Assembly (NCBI GenBank): GCA_012728075.1
Contig: JAAYFV010000080.1
Span: forward strand, 1-32,000
Reading direction: 5' to 3'
Source of the DNA: Tissierellia bacterium
GTDB taxonomy: Bacteria > Bacillota > Clostridia > Tissierellales > Tepidimicrobiaceae
Length of the DNA: 32,000 bases
The notes under the pieces were generated by a model that saw nothing but the letters and a program-made list of their open reading frames with translations, ran no database searches and was not told where the DNA came from. Within the stretch, counting starts at the first letter, position 1, and the number at the start of each line of letters is the position of its first letter. This document shows positions 1-7,707 of the stretch, in pieces. Made by a program: the position numbers and the translations under genes.

Positions 1-303
1 AACATAATGACCTGGATTATAACAAAATGATACATTATTATATTTTATCTCATCATCAAAAGTATTTTTTTCTATAACATTACCATTTTGATCAAGAATA
101 AATGAAGTTTGATTTAATAAAGCACTAATATTTGTTGGATCTATTTCAGGAGCTTCCTTAGCGATGGCTATAACAATACCAGCAGTAGCTCCTATTCCTA
201 TTATTATTACAATGACTAATACCAATAAAAATATTTTTAATCCACTTTTCTTATTTTTTTTATGCTTCTTTTTATCTTGCTTATTCTTGTTATCTTCTGA
301 CAT
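1..303 (-). CDS. 5' end of a membrane-anchored protein that runs off the left edge. The N-terminus resembles class A penicillin-binding proteins: Lys-rich tail, one TM segment, then a juxtamembrane segment.
   Basis: Minus-strand ATG at 303-301 sits 7 nt after GGAGG (complement of 311-315). My translation is MSEDNKNKQDKKKHKKNKKSGLKIFLLVLVIVIIIGIGATAGIVIAIAKEAPEIDPTNISALLNQTSFILDQNGNVIEK..., open to position 1. It is absent from the supplied track because it is truncated. Confidence 0.45.
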   Translation of the reverse strand, partial: MSEDNKNKQDKKKHKKNKKSGLKIFLLVLVIVIIIGIGATAGIVIAIAKEAPEIDPTNISALLNQTSFILDQNGNVIEKNTFDDEIKYNNVSFCYNPGHYV

Positions 304-464
304 ACTAATACCTCCTTAATTAAGAAAAGGTAGTAAACAAATTAATTATACCATACAAATATGACAATGTTAACAATTTCATTTTTTTAAAGTATTATTA
401 TCTCCAAATTAAATCTAATCTAATATATATAAAACTACATAGATATATATTAGGAGGGGATAAA

Positions 465-1118
465 GTGAAACGTTATATTCATCTAATCAGAAAAAAGCGT
501 TCTATAATATGGATTATTGCCCTATTAATATTAATCATATACCTATTTAGGTATACTGATAAAAATATAAAGCCTACTGTAGTAGCCATATCAGAAATTA
601 GGGCAAGGGCAATTACTACTCAAGCTATTAATGACACTATAAAAAATAAGATAAAGAGGGATATAAATTATAATGATTTAATATTTGTCAAATACGATAA
701 TGAAGGGAAAGTAACTCTCATGCAGGCCAATACTATTCTTATGAATAGTATTGCTTCAGAAGTTGCTATAGAGGTTCAAGAACAACTAACTGAGATGTCA
801 AAATCCAATATAAAGGTGCCTCTTAGCAATGCTTTTGATACTCAAATAATTACTTTGCCAAGTATAAATATTCGAATTATACCTCAAGGTTCAGTAGCAG
901 TAGATTTTGCTACGGAATTTGAATCTTCTGGGATAAATCAAACGAGACATAGAATCTATATTATAGTAGTAACAGATATTAAGATGATAGTACCTTTGGT
1001 ATCAGAAAATTTAAGAATCACTACAAATATCCCCATTGCTGAAACTATTATTGTAGGAGATGTACCAGAAGAATATGTAAATGTACCTAAGGAGAATTTA
1101 TTGAACATAATTAGATAA
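465..1118 (+). CDS. yunB: Sporulation protein YunB
   Basis: GTG start 7 nt after GGAGGGG. 217 aa with an N-terminal TM segment. The overall pattern, including the C-terminal IPQGSVAVDFATEFESSGINQTRHRIYI block, is as I recall for the YunB family. Confidence 0.7.
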   Translation: MKRYIHLIRKKRSIIWIIALLILIIYLFRYTDKNIKPTVVAISEIRARAITTQAINDTIKNKIKRDINYNDLIFVKYDNEGKVTLMQANTILMNSIASEVAIEVQEQLTEMSKSNIKVPLSNAFDTQIITLPSINIRIIPQGSVAVDFATEFESSGINQTRHRIYIIVVTDIKMIVPLVSENLRITTNIPIAETIIVGDVPEEYVNVPKENLLNIIR

Positions 1119-1184
1119 AATCTAAATATGATGATATAATATACTATAGGATAAACTTTATTGTAATTGTGAAAGGGTGATATA

Positions 1185-2468
1185 TTGATAGGAAACACAA
1201 CCAATAGGGAAAGGGCTTTAATAGTAGGTGTAGATTTGATGACGGATAAGATAGATATAAATAATTCTATGGATGAGTTGGAGGAGCTAGTTAATGCTGC
1301 TGGTGGAATTGCTGTATTAAGGGTAGTACAGAAGAGAGATGCAATAGAACCTGCATACTACATTGGACAGGGGAAAGCCCAAGAGATTAAAAACTATTGT
1401 GAGGAATTGGATATAGACTTGGTAGTATTTAATGATGAACTTTCTGGTGCTCAGATTAGAAATTTAGAAGATATTATCCATAGAAAGATAATTGATAGGA
1501 CCAATTTAATATTGGATATATTCGCTAGTAGGGCTAGTTCCAAAGAGGGGAAACTACAGGTAAAACTTGCTCAGCTAAAATATAGGCTTCCTAGACTAGT
1601 GGGTTTTAGGGACTATTTATCAAGGGAAGGTGGAGGCATTGGTACAAGAGGACCTGGAGAACAGAAATTAGAAACTGATAGACGTCATATATTAAGAGAG
1701 ATAAACAATATTGAGAAGGCTTTAGAAGAAGCAGAAAAGGCGAGAAATATAAAAAGAAATAGAAGAGAGAAGTCTAATCTACCCATAGTTGCTTTAGTAG
1801 GTTATACTAATGCTGGTAAATCTACCTTGCTAAATAGATTGATAGAGATAAGCGGCAAAGAAAAGAAAAATAAAAAGGTATTTGTATACGATATGTTATT
1901 TGCTACTTTAGACACATCATTAAGACGAGGAAGATTACCTAATGGGCAGCCATTTTTAATAACAGATACCGTAGGGTTTGTAAGTAAATTACCTACTCAT
2001 TTAATAGAAGCCTTTAAAGGGACTTTAGAAGAAGTAAAATATGCAGATTTAATTCTTCATATTGTAGATGCTTCTAATTCCGACTTAGATATACAAATTA
2101 AAACTACTTACAATATATTAAAAGAATTAGATGTATTAGATAAGCCTATAATTACTGTATTTAATAAGATAGATGAAACAAATATTGAAGATTTGGTATA
2201 TGATAGTAGATATGTGGATAAAAAAATATTCATATCTAGTAAAAGAGGTACAAATTTAGGGGATTTGTTAGAGATGATTGAAGAAAATCTACCTCAAAAA
2301 TATCAAAAAGTTGATTTGATGATTCCTTACGATAGGCAGAATTTAGTCAATTATTTTTTAGATAATTATGAAGTAGATTATATAGAATATTTAATAGAAG
2401 GTACTAGGTTAAATCTTAGTATAAATCAAGTGGATTTTGAAAGATACTCTGACTATATTTTATGTTAA
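1185..2468 (+). CDS. hflX: GTPase HflX
   Basis: 427 aa with the HflX N-domain (RALIVGV...). G1 is GYTNAGKSTL, G3 is DTVGF and G4 is NKID. TTG start after AAGGGTG. Confidence 0.9.
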   Translation: MIGNTTNRERALIVGVDLMTDKIDINNSMDELEELVNAAGGIAVLRVVQKRDAIEPAYYIGQGKAQEIKNYCEELDIDLVVFNDELSGAQIRNLEDIIHRKIIDRTNLILDIFASRASSKEGKLQVKLAQLKYRLPRLVGFRDYLSREGGGIGTRGPGEQKLETDRRHILREINNIEKALEEAEKARNIKRNRREKSNLPIVALVGYTNAGKSTLLNRLIEISGKEKKNKKVFVYDMLFATLDTSLRRGRLPNGQPFLITDTVGFVSKLPTHLIEAFKGTLEEVKYADLILHIVDASNSDLDIQIKTTYNILKELDVLDKPIITVFNKIDETNIEDLVYDSRYVDKKIFISSKRGTNLGDLLEMIEENLPQKYQKVDLMIPYDRQNLVNYFLDNYEVDYIEYLIEGTRLNLSINQVDFERYSDYILC

Positions 2469-2490
2469 CATTTTTATTTTTAAAAATTGA

Positions 2491-2519
2491 TTGAATAATT
2501 AGGCTACATTGGGTATGAT
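2491..2519 (+). promoter_or_regulatory. Candidate sigma-A promoter (TTGAAT-17 nt-TATGAT) for the Nudix-fold gene
   Basis: Hexamers read directly at 2491-2496 and 2514-2519, about 30 nt upstream of the AAGGAGG RBS. Confidence 0.35.
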
Positions 2520-2550
2520 AATAATAAGAATATAAAGGAGGCTGGTTCCA

Positions 2551-2991
2551 ATGATTGTTAGAAATTGTGCAGGTGGTGTGGTTTTTGACGGGGACAGAGT
2601 GTTTATATTAAAAAATGATAAAGATCATTGGGTATTACCCAAGGGGAAAATTCGTAACGGTTCACTCCCAACGGAGACGGCTATAAGACGTGTTAAGTAT
2701 GAAACAGGCGTTAGTGCCAATATTGTTTCTACTGGAGGAGAAACTAGTTACGAATTTTTTTCTTTGTCAAGAAAACAGGAAGTATATAATAAAATTATTT
2801 GGTATATTATGGAAGCTTCTAGTTCCAATTATAAAATTAACAAAGAAGAAGGATTTAAAGATGGAGGTTTCTATTCTGTAGATAAGGCCATAGATATGAT
2901 TACTCATAGTCAAGATAAATCTCTAGTAAGTTTATCTTATAAAAGGTATTTAGATATAAAGAATGAAGAAATAGACGAAATATATGCTTAA
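2551..2991 (+). CDS. Nudix-fold protein with a degenerate Nudix box
   Basis: 146 aa with a strong RBS (AAGGAGG). The segment GKIRNGSLPTETAIRRVKYETGV aligns with GX5EX7REUXEEXGU but lacks three of the four conserved Glu residues. Confidence 0.7.
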   Translation: MIVRNCAGGVVFDGDRVFILKNDKDHWVLPKGKIRNGSLPTETAIRRVKYETGVSANIVSTGGETSYEFFSLSRKQEVYNKIIWYIMEASSSNYKINKEEGFKDGGFYSVDKAIDMITHSQDKSLVSLSYKRYLDIKNEEIDEIYA

Positions 2992-3017
2992 TGTAATCTA
3001 TAATAATAGATAGTTTA

Positions 3018-3060
3018 AAGGAAAGGGTGTGTCCTAGAGGATATTATCCTTTCTTTTTTA
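3018..3060 (+). terminator. Rho-independent terminator after the Nudix-fold gene
   Basis: AAAGGAAAGG...CCTTTCTTTT stem enclosing AGGAT-att-ATCCT, followed by a T-run. Confidence 0.6.
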
Positions 3061-3102
3061 TGTTATAATTTATTGTAGTATTATTTTTGAAAGGAGATAG
3101 AT

Positions 3103-3750
3103 ATGGATAATGTTTATAGAACCATATATAAATACGGGGAAGATGAGATAGTTATAAAAAAATCTAGATTTATTGGATATGCAAAACCTATTGAATCAGA
3201 ACAAGAAGCATTAGATTTTATAGAAAAAATAAAGTCTAAACATAGAGATGCAACTCATAATGTATATGCTTATGTTTATGGAGAAGATAGTAATATTCAA
3301 AGATATAGTGATGATGGAGAACCATCAGGGACTGCTGGTATTCCTGCTTTAGAGGTAATTAAGAAGGAAGATCTTCGCAATGTTGTGGTAGTAGTTACTA
3401 GATATTTTGGTGGTATAAAACTAGGTACTGGAGGTCTTATTAGAGCATATACTAAAGGGGCCAAGATTGGATTAGAGTCAGGGATAATAATAGAAAAAAT
3501 ATTACATTATAAATTAAAGATACGAATAGATTATACTTTATATGGTATAATAGAGAATCATTTGATGACAAAAGGTTACTTGATAGATGATATAGTATAT
3601 GATGATGGAGTGAATATCTTTGTATATGTTAAATACTCAGAGATGGATTTTTTTAAAAAAACCATTATAGATTTGACAAGTGATAATGTATTTATTGAAC
3701 AAATAGGAGAAGAATATATACCCATGAAGAATGGGAAAAGATTAAAATAA
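3103..3750 (+). CDS. YigZ / IMPACT family (UPF0029) protein
   Basis: 215 aa. The block KKSRFIGYAKPIESEQEALDFIEKIKSKHRDATHNVYAY...DDGEPSGTAG...VVVTRYFGGIKLGTGGL is typical of YigZ. An extended -10 (TGTTATAAT, 3061-3069) lies upstream. Confidence 0.85.
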   Translation: MDNVYRTIYKYGEDEIVIKKSRFIGYAKPIESEQEALDFIEKIKSKHRDATHNVYAYVYGEDSNIQRYSDDGEPSGTAGIPALEVIKKEDLRNVVVVVTRYFGGIKLGTGGLIRAYTKGAKIGLESGIIIEKILHYKLKIRIDYTLYGIIENHLMTKGYLIDDIVYDDGVNIFVYVKYSEMDFFKKTIIDLTSDNVFIEQIGEEYIPMKNGKRLK

Positions 3751-3780
3751 TTGGGATAATATACGTGACGGGGGTATAAT
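3751..3780 (+). promoter_or_regulatory. Candidate sigma-A promoter (TTGGGA-18 nt-TATAAT)
   Basis: Hexamers at 3751-3756 and 3775-3780, just upstream of the GAGGTGA RBS of the CoA-binding gene. Confidence 0.3.
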
Positions 3781-3797
3781 AGTATTGAGGTGATTCT

Positions 3798-4193
3798 ATG
3801 ATAAAACAAGAAATGTTAGACAAAAAAACTTGGGCTGTAGTAGGGGTTACAGCTAATGAAAAGAAGTATGGATATAAGATATGGAAGAAACTATTAGAAC
3901 ACAATTATGAAACCTATGGAGTAAATCCTAATTATGATGAAATCCAAGGCCATAAGATATATAGTTCATTAAAAGAACTGCCTAAGAAAGTGGATGTTAT
4001 AGACATGGTGGTCCCTCCAAAGATTAGCTTAACTACTTTAGATGAAGCCAAAGAGTTAGGTATAGAATATATCTGGTTTCAACCAGGCACTTATAATGAT
4101 GAAGTAATCGAAAAAGCTAAAGCTTTGGAGTTTAAGATATTATATGATGATTGTGTTTTAGCAACATTAATAAAAAAGGAAAGAAATCCATGA
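3798..4193 (+). CDS. CoA-binding domain protein (YccU/YneT-like)
   Basis: 131 aa. The block KTWAVVGVTANEKKYGYKIWKKLLEHNYETYGVNPNYDEIQG...VDVIDMVVPP matches the CoA_binding_2 pattern. Confidence 0.8.
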   Translation: MIKQEMLDKKTWAVVGVTANEKKYGYKIWKKLLEHNYETYGVNPNYDEIQGHKIYSSLKELPKKVDVIDMVVPPKISLTTLDEAKELGIEYIWFQPGTYNDEVIEKAKALEFKILYDDCVLATLIKKERNP

Positions 4194-4196
4194 TTT

Positions 4197-4225
4197 AATA
4201 GACCATCAAGGTCTATTCTTTTTTT
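4197..4225. terminator. Bidirectional terminator between convergent genes
   Basis: AATAGACC-atcaa-GGTCTATT hairpin flanked by an A/T run on both sides. It overlaps the TAG stop of the minus-strand TSUP gene. Confidence 0.7.
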
Positions 4226-4560
4226 ATTAATTCATATATTCCTATGAATAGTAAAAATATACCAAAGTATTTTTTTAGGTTAGAAGAATCCATGTTAACT
4301 GCTATGAAGGAGCCAATTAAAGCTCCAAATACACCTCCCAATATTATCCATTTAACAAATTTAAATTCTATATTTTTTTCTTTGAAATGAACAATTAAAG
4401 CCGCAAAGGCTACGGGTATAAATACTATAAGATTTATTCCTTGAGCTTGTTGTTGGGTTAATGGAGTAAAAAAAATTAAGGAAGGAATAAGTATGGTTCC
4501 ACCACCTATTCCCATGCCACTAATTATTCCCGATAAGAACCCAAATATAAATAATTTCAT
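4213..4560 (-). CDS. Half-size (4-TM) TSUP / TauE-SafE family membrane protein, downstream half
   Basis: 115 aa with four hydrophobic segments and a GIGGGTILIP repeat-unit motif. Its ATG overlaps the stop of the upstream half (ATGA at 4557-4560). Confidence 0.75.
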   Translation of the reverse strand: MKLFIFGFLSGIISGMGIGGGTILIPSLIFFTPLTQQQAQGINLIVFIPVAFAALIVHFKEKNIEFKFVKWIILGGVFGALIGSFIAVNMDSSNLKKYFGIFLLFIGIYELIKKE

Positions 4561-4916
4561 TTAAATATCATCCTCAATGCAGTAATGATAATTATAGTAC
4601 CAAATATTTTTCTAAGGACTGAAGTGGGTATTTTATTTAAAAACTTGGCACCTATAAGACTTCCTAACACCCCACCTATAGCTATCATTGTAGCTATTTG
4701 GTATTGAATTATATCTTTTTTTAAGTATATAAAAGTGCTAATGATAGATAATGGTAATATAATGGAAATAGCAGTGGCATGAGCTTTATAATCTTCTAAG
4801 CCTAATATGAATACCAATGCTGGTACTATAAGGGTTCCACCACCGGAACCAAACAATCCATTTATTATTCCTGTCACAAAACCAATACCAACTAATTTAA
4901 GAACCTTTGTATCCAT
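4557..4916 (-). CDS. Half-size (4-TM) TSUP / TauE-SafE family membrane protein, upstream half
   Basis: The track ORF runs to 4982, but the ATG at 4916 follows AAGGAGGC (complement of 4921-4928). The resulting 119 aa begin MDTKVLKLVGIGFVTGIINGLFGSGGGTLIVP. Confidence 0.75.
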   Translation of the reverse strand: MDTKVLKLVGIGFVTGIINGLFGSGGGTLIVPALVFILGLEDYKAHATAISIILPLSIISTFIYLKKDIIQYQIATMIAIGGVLGSLIGAKFLNKIPTSVLRKIFGTIIIITALRMIFK

Positions 4917-5028
4917 ATGTGCCTCCTTTATGGTATAATAATTACATAAAAGCTTATAGTCACTGATTATTAATTTTACCAAAAGGGCATAAGTTATACC
5001 TAATTATATTATTATGGAGGTAGTAAAT

Positions 5029-5757
5029 ATGGATAATATAGAAAAAGTTATAGATGAAATAGTTGAATGGTTAAGGATAAAGGTGGAAAATGCTAATGGT
5101 AAAGGATTGGTATTTGGGTTAAGTGGTGGCGTGGATTCAGCTGTAGTGGCAGGATTAGCCAAAAAAGCTTTTCCAGAGAGTTCACTAGGGATAATTATGC
5201 CATGTCATAGTAACCCTATAGACGAAGAACATGCTCTATTGGTAGCGGATAGTATAGATTTAAAAACGGAAAAGGTAGATTTAGGATCTACTTATGATGA
5301 ACTCATTAAAGCAGCCCATATAGAGAAACCTAATAATCTTGCTAAAGCTAATATAAAGCCAAGGTTAAGAATGACTACACTATATTATTATGCTGGGTCA
5401 TACAATTATTTAGTATTAGGTTCTAGTAACAAATCGGAATTTACCGTAGGTTATTTTACTAAACATGGAGATAGTGGAGTTGATTTACTTCCTATTGCTT
5501 ATTTTCCAAAGAGAGATGTTTGGGAAATGGCTAGATATTTAGGAATTCCTAAGGAGATAATAGAGAAGGCTCCAACAGCAGGTTTATGGGAGGATCAAAC
5601 AGATGAAGATGAGATGGGATTTGGATATGATGTTTTAGATGATTATATATTATATAAAAAAGGGCCTAAGGATTTAGTGGAAAAAATTGAAAGGATGCAT
5701 AGGATAAGCGAACATAAAAGAAGTTTTCCACCAATTTTTGTTCCCCAAAATGAATAA
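5029..5757 (+). CDS. nadE: Ammonia-dependent NAD+ synthetase
   Basis: SGGVDS PP-loop motif, with family-typical KPRLRM and FTKHGD blocks. The ATG at 5029 is 8 nt after GGAGG (5016-5020), so the track start at 5014 is unlikely. Confidence 0.9.
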   Translation: MDNIEKVIDEIVEWLRIKVENANGKGLVFGLSGGVDSAVVAGLAKKAFPESSLGIIMPCHSNPIDEEHALLVADSIDLKTEKVDLGSTYDELIKAAHIEKPNNLAKANIKPRLRMTTLYYYAGSYNYLVLGSSNKSEFTVGYFTKHGDSGVDLLPIAYFPKRDVWEMARYLGIPKEIIEKAPTAGLWEDQTDEDEMGFGYDVLDDYILYKKGPKDLVEKIERMHRISEHKRSFPPIFVPQNE

Positions 5758-5822
5758 TTTCATTGTATAGTATATACATTGTGATAAAATATATAAGAAT
5801 AATTTTTAGGAGGTTGAAATTT

Positions 5823-6566
5823 GTGGCAGGTCATTCTAAATGGAATAATATAAAGAATAAAAAGGGCAAAGAAGACGCTAGAAGGGCTAAGGAATTTACA
5901 AAATTAGCTCGATATATAATGGTAGCAGCAAAAGAAGGAGGAAAAGACCCTGAGTATAATCCTCAGCTTAAGGCTGCAATTGAAAAAGCAAAGGCTGCAA
6001 ATATGCCTAATGACAACATAGAAAGGGCTATTAAAAAAGGTGCAGGAGAACTTGGTTCTGCCATCTATGAAGAGATTACCTATGAAGGGTATGGTCCAGG
6101 TGGAGTAGCAGTATATGTATCTTGTTTGACTGATAATAGAAATAGGACAGCTTCTGATGTAAGACATGCTTTTGATAAATTTGGTGGAAATTTAGGTCAA
6201 ACGGGTTGTGTTTCATTTATGTTTGATAGAAAAGGAGTATTAGCTATTGAGAAGAATAAAAGCATTGATGAAGAGGAATTAATGCTTAAAGCTATTGATC
6301 TAGGAGCTTTGGATTTTGAAAGCGATGAATTTGGATATGAAATAATCACTAACCCTGAAGATTTCAATGACATTAGAGATGCATTGAGTCAAGAGGGCTA
6401 CGAGTTTACTATGGCAGAGCTGGCCTTTTTACCTCAAAATACAACAGTATTGACTAATGATGAAGATATTAATAATATGGTAAAATTAATAGAAACTTTG
6501 GAAGACAACGATGATGTTCAAGAAATTTATCATTCTTGGGAAATTCCTGATGATTTAGAGATATAA
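5823..6566 (+). CDS. YebC/PmpR family DNA-binding regulator
   Basis: The canonical N-terminus (M)[14 protein letters not shown] begins at GTG 5823, 9 nt after AGGAGG (5808-5813). The track start at 5763 adds a non-homologous extension. Confidence 0.9.
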   Translation: MAGHSKWNNIKNKKGKEDARRAKEFTKLARYIMVAAKEGGKDPEYNPQLKAAIEKAKAANMPNDNIERAIKKGAGELGSAIYEEITYEGYGPGGVAVYVSCLTDNRNRTASDVRHAFDKFGGNLGQTGCVSFMFDRKGVLAIEKNKSIDEEELMLKAIDLGALDFESDEFGYEIITNPEDFNDIRDALSQEGYEFTMAELAFLPQNTTVLTNDEDINNMVKLIETLEDNDDVQEIYHSWEIPDDLEI

Positions 6567-6653
6567 TAGATTTATATGGCTAAACATACAGTATTATACG
6601 AGTTACTATAAATAATAAATTATAAAACATAGTGTGAATTATCATATATAATT

Positions 6654-6690
6654 GCCCTTTAATTTGATAGATTAGAGGGCTTTTTATTTT
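6654..6690 (+). terminator. Rho-independent terminator after the YebC-family gene
   Basis: GCCCTTTAA / TTAGAGGGC stem followed by TTTTTATTTT. Confidence 0.75.
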
Positions 6691-6763
6691 ATCTGTATAA
6701 AAGTATATTTTATAAACATAATAAAAATATACTAAAATTAATAATATATGAAGGGGTGAATTA

Positions 6764-6937
6764 ATGGAGAATAATCAAAATTTTGAACAGATAAAGGAAA
6801 AGTTTGAAGCAGCTGATGTAGATGGGAAAATTAAAATATATACTACTGTAAGAGGATTAACTGTGGAACAATACAAGGAACTATTAAGGATGTTTCCTAT
6901 AAAGTATTTAGACAGATTAGAGAAGGCAATGGGATAA
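6764..6937 (+). CDS. Small hypothetical protein (57 aa), not in the supplied track
   Basis: ATG at 6764 follows AAGGGGTG. My translation is MENNQNFEQIKEKFEAADVDGKIKIYTTVRGLTVEQYKELLRMFPIKYLDRLEKAMG, ending at TAA 6935-6937. An imperfect hairpin follows at 6938-6965. Confidence 0.5.
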   Translation: MENNQNFEQIKEKFEAADVDGKIKIYTTVRGLTVEQYKELLRMFPIKYLDRLEKAMG

Positions 6938-7020
6938 AAGCTGAAGGATATTCCTTCCAGCTTTATGTTTAAATGGGACAAGTTTAGGGAATTTATACAT
7001 AAAAAGAAAGAAGTGATAAT

Positions 7021-7707
7021 GTGAGAAAGGTATTTTTATGTATTGTGATTATTTTTTTACCTCTGTATATTTTCTTTAAAGGCGTTGAATTTAATGCTTT
7101 TAATAAAAATTTTTATTTAAACTCTTATGAAAAAAATCAGGTTGAACATATTACTGGAATGGAACTAGATGAACTGGAGATGATAACTGATAATATATTT
7201 TCATATTTAAAAGACAATTCTCAGGAAGAAGCTTTAAATCCTTATTTCAATTCTAAAGAGATAAAACATATGGAAGATGTGAAGACATTGTTTAAATGGG
7301 GATTTAAAATTAAAAACATATCCTTAATATTGTCTTTAATTGGAATAGTAGGGCTTTTTATATTAGATGAAGGTGATAGAATAGCTAAGGGGATTTTTTA
7401 TGGTAATTTTATATGGTGGACTATTATCCTAATCTTATTTTTATTGATAACTATGGATTTTAACAAATATTTTACTTATTTTCATACAATATTCTTTGAT
7501 AATGATTTATGGCTATTGGATCCAAAGGAGGATCTGTTGATTCAAATGCTTCCAGAGGAATTTTTTATCAGTATATTTAACAGGATATTGTTATTTTTTA
7601 TATCTACATTGGCAATAATACAATTAACAAGTTATATAGTGATGAAGAAAGGGAAGGATTTTTATGGATTTATTAGCTATATTAAAAGATTATTTCAACA
7701 GGATTAA
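7021..7707 (+). CDS. Integral membrane protein, TIGR01906/DUF1461-like (the family of the lipoprotein intramolecular transacylase Lit)
   Basis: 228 aa with four TM segments. The block YFHTIFFDNDLWLLDPKEDLLIQMLPEEFF matches the conserved DUF1461 motif as I recall it. GTG start. Confidence 0.6.
   Translation: MRKVFLCIVIIFLPLYIFFKGVEFNAFNKNFYLNSYEKNQVEHITGMELDELEMITDNIFSYLKDNSQEEALNPYFNSKEIKHMEDVKTLFKWGFKIKNISLILSLIGIVGLFILDEGDRIAKGIFYGNFIWWTIILILFLLITMDFNKYFTYFHTIFFDNDLWLLDPKEDLLIQMLPEEFFISIFNRILLFFISTLAIIQLTSYIVMKKGKDFYGFISYIKRLFQQD

Noticed and set aside
330-360. Possible sigma-E-type -10 element (CATACAAAT, 352-360) upstream of yunB
   Set aside because: I could not find a matching -35 (ATATT-like) element at the proper spacing. 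A single hexamer in AT-rich DNA is not enough evidence.
956-1204. Antisense or out-of-frame track ORFs embedded in well-supported genes. They are 956-1204(-), 2690-2881(+), 3576-3809(-), 3692-3904(-), 5904-6167(-), 8266-8460(-), 9448-9639(-), 10780-11196(-), 11722-11919(-), 12281-12763(-) and 12869-13222(-). Also 14938-15153(+), 15256-15471(-), 15601-15873(-), 15986-16360(-), 16361-16612(-), 16731-16916(-), 18628-18921(-) and 20091-20402(-). Also 21946-22164(-), 22189-22398(-), 25247-25555(-), 27341-27523(-), 27948-28163(-), 29137-29466(-), 30283-30477(-) and 31449-31769(-).
   Set aside because: Each lies opposite or inside a gene with clear family motifs and an RBS. Their translations are low-complexity, Ser/Ile/Leu-rich shadow sequences typical of AT-rich genomes, and none has a convincing SD.
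4917-4982. N-terminal extensions in the track ORFs. These are the TSUP upstream half (to 4982), nadE (5014), the YebC-family gene (5763), ychF (18245), mraZ (20065), murG (29144) and murA (30344).
   Set aside because: In each case an internal start with a well-spaced SD reproduces the canonical family N-terminus, and the extension has no homology-like features.
6775-6981. Minus-strand 68-aa track ORF in the 6.6-7.0 kb intergenic region
   Set aside because: It has no RBS and its sequence looks like hydrophobic shadow. The + strand 57-aa ORF (6764-6937), with an RBS and a trailing hairpin, explains the open frame better.
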